A program made the translations under genes and the position numbers. Of a stretch of DNA of 64,000 nt, positions 38,677-46,255 are shown in pieces (positions within the stretch are counted from its first letter, which is position 1; the number at the start of each line of letters is the position of its first letter). Origin of the DNA: Patescibacteria group bacterium (GTDB lineage Bacteria; Patescibacteriota; UBA1384; JACPKC01); the NCBI GenBank assembly GCA_050944875.1, contig JBMNRW010000001.1, positions 12,526 to 76,525 on the forward strand, read 5' to 3'. The notes under the pieces were generated by a model, which saw only the letters and a list, made by a program, of their open reading frames with translations, was not told the DNA's origin and did no database searches.

Positions 38677-39121
38677 GTTCTGCCTCGATGCGTGTAATCG
38701 CCCGCTCGATGATCGGTCGCAAGGTCCTGTACGAGATTAATCCCCGGAGCTCACGTGGCAGAACCCAATGTACTCGCTGGATGCGTTCGTCGACCTGTGC
38801 GGTCCCGGTCACCGTTGCTGGTGTGCGGAAGAGGAAGTACGACACCGTTTTGTGGACATTCTGCCCAGGGTGCTCCCAGCGGTCGACAAACCAAAACTGC
38901 GTGTTCCCTAGTTCATTAACGAACGTGAGTTCATTGATGGAGACTTCCTCGTGGATTTCCCGGCGCGCCGCTGCTTCGGCCGTCTCCCCCGCTTCGATCC
39001 GGCCTTTTGGGAATGCCCAGCGCCCATGGGAATCTTTGATCGCAAGTACGCGAGCGGCGCCATCGGCATCGAATCGGTAGACGATTCCGCCGGCAGAGTG
39101 TTCGTCGCGTTGATTCTTCAT
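38660..39121 (-). CDS. NUDIX hydrolase
   Basis: SAGGIV, PKGRIEAGETAEAAARREIHEE Nudix box. Confidence 0.92.
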   Translation of the reverse strand: MKNQRDEHSAGGIVYRFDADGAARVLAIKDSHGRWAFPKGRIEAGETAEAAARREIHEEVSINELTFVNELGNTQFWFVDRWEHPGQNVHKTVSYFLFRTPATVTGTAQVDERIQRVHWVLPRELRGLISYRTLRPIIERAITRIEAEHATTR

Positions 39122-39128
39122 ACGAGCG

Positions 39129-40247
39129 CTACTTATCTGCTGCACGCTCAATGAGCGTAACGGTTTCGCGAGCGGCGCGCTCCCAGCTGAACTGCTTGGC
39201 GCGCTCCTTGCCTCTTGTAATCAACCGTTCGGCAAGTCCTTTGTCAGTTACGACTTTTGCGACTCCTTCAGCAATTGCTTCGGCGCGGGTCGCATTCACG
39301 AGTACGCCGGCATCGCTGACGATCTCCGGAATACATGAGGATCGGCTCGCGATAACCGGTACGTCCGACGCCATAGCTTCTAGGAGCGGCATGCCGAACC
39401 CTTCGAACCCAGACGGGAAGACGAAGGCGCTCGCATGGCGGAGCCAGTCCCCGTGTGCTTCGTCGGTTACGTAGCCGACAAGGTGGACGCGCTCGCGAAT
39501 TTCGGGCGGGAGCTCGGCAAGTGCACGAGAAACTGCCGCGTAGCCGTGAGCGCCGGGTTTGCCCGCAAGGACCAGGTGGTGTGGTACGTGGAAGCGCTCG
39601 ACGAGGATTCGGAACGCCTGGATGAGCTTGGGCGTGTTCTTTTTCGCCTCGAGTCTTCCGATGGTGTACAGGTAGGGGCTAACTGCCCGCTGTTCGGCAG
39701 ACGGTTGTTCGCTGATGCCTCGCGGGTGAAAGCGATCGCGGTCGACGCCGTGGTAGATAGTGTGCACCCTTGTTGTCAGTGTGCGGGTGTACCGAAGGAT
39801 GTCTTTCCGTGTCGCTTCGGAGATGGCGATGATCGAGGTGGCGCTACGCCCTACCTGCCAGAGCGCAAACTCTTGGTAGAGCCGCTCGATCGCGCCGTAG
39901 TAGCTCGGGTGGTGCTTGAAGCCGAGGTCGTGCACCGTGACGATAGTTCGCTTTGGGTGAACGAATGGTATCGCGTGCGACGGCACGAAGAAGACGTCTG
40001 GTTGCTGCCGAGTGGCGAACTCAACCGACAGGCGCAGCTGTGTCCAGAGTCGGGGGAATGGCATGATTCGCCACGCCACCTGGGCATTTCCCGTGTCTAG
40101 CGGTGTCGTCGGCATTGCTGGTGCGTAGATCGTGTACGTATGGTGTGGCGCCACGCGAAACATGTGGTACAAAATTTGCCACGTGTAGTGCTCGGTTCCG
40201 GTGTACGTGGACTTCGCGAGTCGTGACCCGTCAATGCCGATGTGCAT
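39129..40247 (-). CDS. Glycosyltransferase family 4
   Basis: IGID, TGTEHY, TVHDL, KKN, EGFGMPLLEAMA. Confidence 0.93.
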   Translation of the reverse strand: MHIGIDGSRLAKSTYTGTEHYTWQILYHMFRVAPHHTYTIYAPAMPTTPLDTGNAQVAWRIMPFPRLWTQLRLSVEFATRQQPDVFFVPSHAIPFVHPKRTIVTVHDLGFKHHPSYYGAIERLYQEFALWQVGRSATSIIAISEATRKDILRYTRTLTTRVHTIYHGVDRDRFHPRGISEQPSAEQRAVSPYLYTIGRLEAKKNTPKLIQAFRILVERFHVPHHLVLAGKPGAHGYAAVSRALAELPPEIRERVHLVGYVTDEAHGDWLRHASAFVFPSGFEGFGMPLLEAMASDVPVIASRSSCIPEIVSDAGVLVNATRAEAIAEGVAKVVTDKGLAERLITRGKERAKQFSWERAARETVTLIERAADK

Positions 40248-40255
40248 GCGGTCTC

Positions 40256-41272
40256 CTACGTCTTTGCCCAGAGGACGGAGCGTTTGTACGCGTCGAGGTG
40301 TTCCGCGGCAATGCCGACACCCTTGGCGGTGCAAAGCATTGGTTCTTCCGCCAGTTGGCACGGGACGCCGGTAATCTTCGTGAAGAGGTTGTCGAGGTCA
40401 CGCAAGAGCGCCCCACCGCCCGTAAGAACGACGCCTTTATCCATGACGTCCGAGGCTAGTTCTGGCGGGGTGTGCTGGAGAACCTCTTTGACCGCTGCCA
40501 TGATCTCGCCAATCGGCTCCTTGAGTGCGGCGACGACGTCACTCGTCTGGACGATGACGCTCTCGGGTAGGCCGGAGACTCCGTTTGATCCGGAGACTTC
40601 CATGGTGAGTTCTTTCTTCGGCTTGAGCGCCGCGCCGATTTTCATCTTCACCTCTTCAGCGGTCCGACGACCGATGACGAGGTTGTACTTCTTGCGGATG
40701 TGGTTCGCGATCGCTTCGTCCATCCGATTGCCAGCGACGCGGACCGACGAGGTCGCAACCATGTCACCGAGCGAGATGACGGCAACTTCGCTTGTGCCAC
40801 CGCCGATGTCGATCACCATGTGGCCGCTCGGCGACGCGATTGGAATACCGGCGCCAAGGGCGGCTGCTACGGGTTGCTTAATGATGTAGGCCGCTTTCGC
40901 GCCTGCGGCGATGCATGCGTCAATTACCGCTCGCTGCTCGGTGCTCGTCGCGCCAGCCGGTACGGAGATGAGGATCTCGGGCCGGACGAGGCGGACACGG
41001 CCGCCGAGCTTGTTGACGAAGTACCGGAGCATGGCCTGGGTGACGCGGTAGTTCGCGATCACGCCGTCTTTCAGTGGGTGTGCGGCGAGAATGCTCTCTG
41101 GCGTTCGGCCAAGCATCTCGCGCGCTTCTTGTCCGATTGCCATGACCTGGTTTGTTCGTGCCTCGATCGCAACAACCGCCGGCTCGTTGATGACGATACC
41201 CTGGCCGGGTACATGGACGAGGACGTTCGTAGTGCCGAGGTCGATGGCAAGTCGGCGGAGGAAGAGCGACAC
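40256..41272 (-). CDS. mreB: Rod shape-determining protein MreB
   Basis: IDLGTTN, PLKDGVIA, DIGGGTS, TPPEL, LTGGGALL. Confidence 0.96.
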   Translation of the reverse strand: MSLFLRRLAIDLGTTNVLVHVPGQGIVINEPAVVAIEARTNQVMAIGQEAREMLGRTPESILAAHPLKDGVIANYRVTQAMLRYFVNKLGGRVRLVRPEILISVPAGATSTEQRAVIDACIAAGAKAAYIIKQPVAAALGAGIPIASPSGHMVIDIGGGTSEVAVISLGDMVATSSVRVAGNRMDEAIANHIRKKYNLVIGRRTAEEVKMKIGAALKPKKELTMEVSGSNGVSGLPESVIVQTSDVVAALKEPIGEIMAAVKEVLQHTPPELASDVMDKGVVLTGGGALLRDLDNLFTKITGVPCQLAEEPMLCTAKGVGIAAEHLDAYKRSVLWAKT

Positions 41273-41273
41273 G

Positions 41274-42572
41274 CTACGCCTCCTCGCGTGTCATCGTCGC
41301 TCCAATGCCGCGGAGTTTCTCTTCGAGGTATTCGTATCCGCGGTCAAGGTGATGGATGCCCTGCAGGGTAGACTCGCCTTCGGCGACGAGCGCAGCAATC
41401 ACGTGCGCCATGCCAGCTCGAATGTCTGGTACGTCGAGCGTGGTGGCGGTGAGCGGCGCTGGCCCCTCGATTACGGCGAGGTGCCAAGCCCCCTGTCCGG
41501 CGTACCGGCAGGCTTGGTCGCCGCAATCGTCTTGGACGGTGATCTGCGCGCCCATGCGGACAAGGTCATCGGTGTACCCGAAGCGGTCCTCGTAGATCGT
41601 TTCGTGGATAGTCGAACGTCCTTCGGCCTGCGTGAGAACAACAGCGCTTGGCTGCTGCCAGTCAGTAACAAAGCCAGGGAAAACCTGTGTCGTAAGGGCA
41701 GTTGCGTGGAGCGGTCCTGTGCGCCAGACGCGGATCCCTTCGTCGTCGACGCGGAAATCACCGCCCACCGAACGGATGAAGGCGAGGTAGCTCGTGAGGT
41801 GCTCTTGGCGGGCACCCCGCAGGTAAACGTCGCCGCCTGTTGCCAGCGCGAGAGCAGCGTACGACGCGGCTTCGAGCCGGTCCGGAATGAGGCGGTGGTG
41901 TGCGCCGTGCAGTTCATCGACGCCGGTGATATGGATGGTGCCCGGTTCCAAACCGATGATCGCGCCCATATTCTGGAGGAGGCGGATGAGCTCGGCGATC
42001 TCCGGCTCGTTCGCGGCATTGCGAACGATCGTGTTCCCCTCGGCCAGGACTGCTGCCAGGAGAATGGTTTCGGTCGCGCCGACGCTTGGGAATGGGAGCG
42101 TGATGTCGGCGCCACGTAGCCGTGTTGCTCGGGCGTGGTAGCCTTGCTCATCCTCCGTAACGGTTGCGCCAAATGTCCGGAGCGCGTCGATGTGGAAGTC
42201 GACGGGTCGGGCGCCAATTTTGTCGCCGCCGACGCGCGGAACGTGTGCTTCGCCGGTGCGGTGGACGAGCGGCGCGAGCGCGAGGATCGGGAGACGGTTC
42301 CGGCGCGAGAGCTCGGTGATCGTGTTCGTTTGGATCGTGGCGGCGTTCACCGTGACCACGTGTGACTGCCGCTGAACCATCGCGCCGACAGCGCTCGCGA
42401 GCTCGGAGGCGATTGCAGCTTCTCCGTTATCAGGGACGTTCTCCAGTACGCACTCCTCGCCTGTTAGGAGCGTGGCGGGAATGAGTGCATCAATAGTGTT
42501 CTTGCCACCGGCGATTTGTACGTCGCCGTTCACGGGTGATCCGCCCCGGATACGGTAGTGTGGATTATGCAT
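41274..42572 (-). CDS. murA: UDP-N-acetylglucosamine 1-carboxyvinyltransferase, Asp-type active site
   Basis: GGKN, GGDKIGARP, SVGATE, NAANEPE, PDRLEA, FPGFVTD, DIRAG, DRGYE. Confidence 0.95.
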   Translation of the reverse strand: MHNPHYRIRGGSPVNGDVQIAGGKNTIDALIPATLLTGEECVLENVPDNGEAAIASELASAVGAMVQRQSHVVTVNAATIQTNTITELSRRNRLPILALAPLVHRTGEAHVPRVGGDKIGARPVDFHIDALRTFGATVTEDEQGYHARATRLRGADITLPFPSVGATETILLAAVLAEGNTIVRNAANEPEIAELIRLLQNMGAIIGLEPGTIHITGVDELHGAHHRLIPDRLEAASYAALALATGGDVYLRGARQEHLTSYLAFIRSVGGDFRVDDEGIRVWRTGPLHATALTTQVFPGFVTDWQQPSAVVLTQAEGRSTIHETIYEDRFGYTDDLVRMGAQITVQDDCGDQACRYAGQGAWHLAVIEGPAPLTATTLDVPDIRAGMAHVIAALVAEGESTLQGIHHLDRGYEYLEEKLRGIGATMTREEA

Positions 42573-42653
42573 TAGATCGAGCGTACCGTGCTTCCCTACT
42601 GGCCGCAAGCGATGCTTGAGGAAGTCGCCCGAAGGCAGTACCGTAGAGGACAC

Positions 42654-43367
42654 ATGGAGTACATACCCGCGTTGCGACGAACGAGCTGGGAGGTGGCGGC
42701 GTCGCTCCTCCTCGCGCTGCTAACACTCATCGGCGCGGTAATTCTCTTATTCGGTGCGAACGGGTACGTGGTGGACTTTAAGCGCCTGACTATTGAGCAG
42801 GCCGGACTCATTGTCGTTCGTCCGTCAGTTCGCTCAGCAATGGTCTCGCTGCCGAGCGAAGCGAAGACGAAGCAGCTCGGTCAAGAGTACGTTGCCCAGC
42901 TACTGCCTGGGCGCTACGACGTTACCGTGAGCGCGCCAGGTCGGACGACCTGGTCTCGAATAGTAGAGGTGCAACCGGGTACCGCGGCAGTCTACGGCAA
43001 TGTGACGCTCTTCTACGCTGAGCCCGAGCTCGCAGTAGAGCGGACGGCTGACCGACGTGACCTCGATGTGCCACTGGTTGACGAGTCGATTCTCGTCCGC
43101 GATGGCGAACTCTTGGTTCGGACGCCAGACGGTCTAGTACTCGTCTCGCGGTTCTCTAAACCTATCCGGGCGGCACGGTTCCTCGATGCTGCACACATTG
43201 TCTACCTCATTGGTTCGGACGTGCACATCATCGACCTCGATGGTCGGAGTGACGTGGCGTTTGCCGGACTGTGTCCGACCGGTCTCTGTCGATTCCGCAT
43301 CGAAGACAATGCCAAAACACTGACACTCGTCCAGGCGCTCACTGCCCGGTCCTACCGCATCCAGTAG
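42654..43367 (+). CDS. Membrane-anchored PEGA-domain-like protein
   Basis: TM, ANGY..D....I.Q.G, LLPGRYDVTVS..G...W; C-terminal beta-propeller-like blades. Confidence 0.75.
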   Translation: MEYIPALRRTSWEVAASLLLALLTLIGAVILLFGANGYVVDFKRLTIEQAGLIVVRPSVRSAMVSLPSEAKTKQLGQEYVAQLLPGRYDVTVSAPGRTTWSRIVEVQPGTAAVYGNVTLFYAEPELAVERTADRRDLDVPLVDESILVRDGELLVRTPDGLVLVSRFSKPIRAARFLDAAHIVYLIGSDVHIIDLDGRSDVAFAGLCPTGLCRFRIEDNAKTLTLVQALTARSYRIQ

Positions 43368-43368
43368 G

Positions 43369-44064
43369 TCAGTGTTGCTCGACGGGGCTTGCGAAGACGA
43401 AGAGCCGATTAAGCGTCGTGCCGACTGGCGCACACGTCATAAGCGCAAGTTCATTCGTTATCAGTGTCGGGTCGCGTAGGACTTCCACATCCTTGGGGCC
43501 TACGACGGCTTTCCAGTGTACGGCGTACACGTACGCTGCTTCACCGTGCTTCACGTAGATTCGATCGCCTGGTTCCAGCTTATGGAGCACGGAGAACACC
43601 TTGGTCCAGGGGTTACGCATCCACCAGTACCCAGCCGAGTGTCCAACGATCACTGTCCGTCCGACTTCCCCGGGTAGAACCGTTTCCTCTGCGTGCACGA
43701 CACCTCGTTGCAAGCCGTTTAGTGAATCGGCAATCGGCAAGTTCCAGCCAACCGGAGCGGTCACGCCGATACTCGGAATCTCAATCGTGTCGCGTGGGAG
43801 TTCGGCAAGGACTGCACTGTCCTGCGCGGTTCGGCCGGTAGCTCGGGAGGGTTGCGTAGTACCTCCTGCTTGCTGGAAGTGGTTCAGAGCAAACCGCGCT
43901 CGTTCGAGCTGCGCAGGGAGCGAGAGGAAAACGTAGAACACGATGAATGCGCCAAGCAAAAAGACCACGGCCTGCGCAACGCCAACAATGAGAGAGCTCC
44001 GCGTGCGCCGCTCGATCCAGTGGGCGATGCGATCTGCTTCGTGGGGATGGATATAGGAGTTCAT
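43369..44064 (-). CDS. Sortase 1
   Basis: N-terminal TM; IEIPSIGV, VIVGHS (His), LMTCAP (Cys), NRL (Arg). Confidence 0.92.
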   Translation of the reverse strand: MNSYIHPHEADRIAHWIERRTRSSLIVGVAQAVVFLLGAFIVFYVFLSLPAQLERARFALNHFQQAGGTTQPSRATGRTAQDSAVLAELPRDTIEIPSIGVTAPVGWNLPIADSLNGLQRGVVHAEETVLPGEVGRTVIVGHSAGYWWMRNPWTKVFSVLHKLEPGDRIYVKHGEAAYVYAVHWKAVVGPKDVEVLRDPTLITNELALMTCAPVGTTLNRLFVFASPVEQH

Positions 44065-44266
44065 AGTGATGCCAAGGGCTCAACTATACGGTGTAGCCTT
44101 GTGACCCGCAATGCGTCTGCCGCTGCGAGGGGTCAGCTCCGTCCACTGTGGATAACTCGGTTGACATGCCTTCTTACCGTTGCCAGCATCGAAGTAACTA
44201 CAAATCGTGTGGGCCGAAACAACTCACACGGACGAACGTAGAAGCACTAGTTTTGAGGAGGTCCCC

Positions 44267-45202
44267 ATGCGGGCAGCCTATATTGGAAGACTCACAGGCA
44301 GCGGTACTGTCCGTCGGGTCGCTGCTCTTGCGCTGGTAAGTGCACTAGCAGTAGCGCCGTACATGGCTTCAGCCGCGACGGACGCGGAGTTTACGAATCA
44401 CCTGACCGGCGCTGATTCGGTAAACGGCAACACGCTTGAAGGTACGACGACGTTCAACTTCACCGTGACGAACGTTGGTACGGTGACGAATGACTTCGAT
44501 CTCGACCTCAACACGGGCGGGAATACGATTAGCGGTAATACGACCGTCGGGGATGTCTTGACCGGTGACATCGACGCCGAGCTCGAAGTTGAGAATGTGG
44601 TGAATACCGCGCCGGTCGTGGTGCCAATGGGGATGGGCGGTGGCGACGTTACGGTTCGGAGCGAGAACCACCTGACCGGTGCTGGTTCGACGAACACGAA
44701 CACCACAACGACTTCGTCGACTGCAAACATGACGACGACGAATGTCGGAACGGTGACAAACGCGATGACGCTGGCGCTGAATACCGGTAATAACACGATT
44801 GAGAACAATACGACGGTCGGCGACATCTCGACCGGCGACATCCGGGTCCGCGGGCGCGTTGAGAACCGCGTCAACGCCGAGCCGGAAGCAAACGGCCAAG
44901 GTGGCGGTACGATTCCGCCGACGGTGATCCCGCAGCCGACGTACACGAACACCCCGCCAGCGGTCGTCGCCAATCTTCCGGCAGCCACAGTATCCGGGGG
45001 TGGGACGATCGCAAAGGTTGCGCAGACGGTGACGACGCCCAAAAACGAGTTCTTCCCTGCCGGCACAGCGCTCAATGCCGCTGAGATTCTTTCCCTCCTG
45101 GCACTCGCCTTCCTCGCGGTCTACGGGTTCGATCTGATCCAGTACGCCTACCGCCGGCGCGCGCTCGTCGCGCACCAGGTCGGTGCCCTGCGCTTCCTCT
45201 AA
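44267..45202 (+). CDS. Secreted beta-repeat protein A: 2 repeats, P/T linker, FPAG + TM + RRR tail
   Basis: GAGGAGG RBS, signal peptide ending ASA, two NHLTGA.S.N.N...LNTG.N...NTTVGD..TGDI units, sorting-signal-like C-terminus. Confidence 0.88.
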   Translation: MRAAYIGRLTGSGTVRRVAALALVSALAVAPYMASAATDAEFTNHLTGADSVNGNTLEGTTTFNFTVTNVGTVTNDFDLDLNTGGNTISGNTTVGDVLTGDIDAELEVENVVNTAPVVVPMGMGGGDVTVRSENHLTGAGSTNTNTTTTSSTANMTTTNVGTVTNAMTLALNTGNNTIENNTTVGDISTGDIRVRGRVENRVNAEPEANGQGGGTIPPTVIPQPTYTNTPPAVVANLPAATVSGGGTIAKVAQTVTTPKNEFFPAGTALNAAEILSLLALAFLAVYGFDLIQYAYRRRALVAHQVGALRFL

Positions 45203-45310
45203 CACATTGCGGTCGATACCTGCACGGCAGCGCGTGGCTGGTGCATGGTACGAATTAACTCCACGCGCAGAAGTACAAGTTAGTTTCTCTCAGAGGAAAA
45301 GGAGTTTTCC

Positions 45311-46183
45311 ATGAAACTCGACCTCATTACTGCCCGCAACCGGATGCGTGTCGTTGCAGCGGTCGCGGCACTCGCCCTCCTTGGCGGCGCTGGCTCGGCC
45401 TGGGCTGATGTCAACGTCGACGGTTTGAACGAGCGCACGGGCGCTGACTCGGATAACTTTAACACCTACACTGTTGATGACCTTGTTGATGCAGATATCA
45501 TCAACTCGTCATCGGCACTCAACGACGTCCTCCTGAATGTTGACTCGGGTAACAATGATGTTCTCGAGAACACGACGGTCGGTGATGTTGAAGGTGGAGA
45601 TGTAAACGTCGGGGGTTCGTTCTACACCGAACTCAATGCCGGCATGGTTGAGCTCGATGGTATGGCGATGGGCGATGTTGATGCGAGCTTTGAGAACAAC
45701 ACAACTGGCGCCAACTCCGTGAACCGCAACACGCTCGATGTTGAGCGTGATACGCTCGTCACGGTGACGAATGCTGGTTCAGCATCGAACCTCTACGATC
45801 TCACTGTCGATACCGGTGACAACGACACCAACCGCAACACGACGGTCGGTGACGTGTCGACGGGCGATGTCGATATGAACATTGAAGCCGAGACCATGAT
45901 CAATGAAGGTGCTTCCTCAATTGATCTTGGTGATCTTGGTGCGAGCAGCAGTGTTGACGCGAGCTTTGAGAACGCCATCACTGGTGCTGATTCGGACAAC
46001 CGCAACACGGTGATTGTCGATGACGTGAAGGATATTGACGTCACGAACAGTGCGACTGTCACGAATGATCTCGATCTCATTGTCGATACCGGTGACAACG
46101 ACACCAACCGCAACACGACGGTCGGTGACGTGTCGACGGGCGACGTCTCGATCGACTTCAGCTTCACGAACATCCTTAACTAA
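45311..46183 (+). CDS. Secreted beta-repeat protein B: signal peptide + 3 repeats only, no anchor
   Basis: AAGGAG RBS, signal ending AWA, three TGA.S.N.N...D[ST]G.ND...NTTVGDV..GDV units; ends at a repeat boundary; very acidic. Confidence 0.9.
   Translation: MKLDLITARNRMRVVAAVAALALLGGAGSAWADVNVDGLNERTGADSDNFNTYTVDDLVDADIINSSSALNDVLLNVDSGNNDVLENTTVGDVEGGDVNVGGSFYTELNAGMVELDGMAMGDVDASFENNTTGANSVNRNTLDVERDTLVTVTNAGSASNLYDLTVDTGDNDTNRNTTVGDVSTGDVDMNIEAETMINEGASSIDLGDLGASSSVDASFENAITGADSDNRNTVIVDDVKDIDVTNSATVTNDLDLIVDTGDNDTNRNTTVGDVSTGDVSIDFSFTNILN
45805..46143 (+). repeat. Perfect 63-bp direct repeat in gene B (45805-45867 and 46081-46143)
   Basis: TGTCGATACCGGTGACAACGACACCAACCGCAACACGACGGTCGGTGACGTGTCGACGGGCGA twice, 276 nt apart. 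Confidence 0.95.
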
Positions 46184-46201
46184 GGATTTCGTACCTGACG
46201 C

Positions 46202-46225
46202 GGATTGCAGGACAACCTGCAATCC
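46202..46225 (+). promoter_or_regulatory. Intergenic stem-loop after gene B
   Basis: GGATTGCAGG-ACAA-CCTGCAATCC, no U-tract. Confidence 0.7.
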
Positions 46226-46255
46226 CGCCAGAGACGAAGCAACGAAGGGAGTTCA

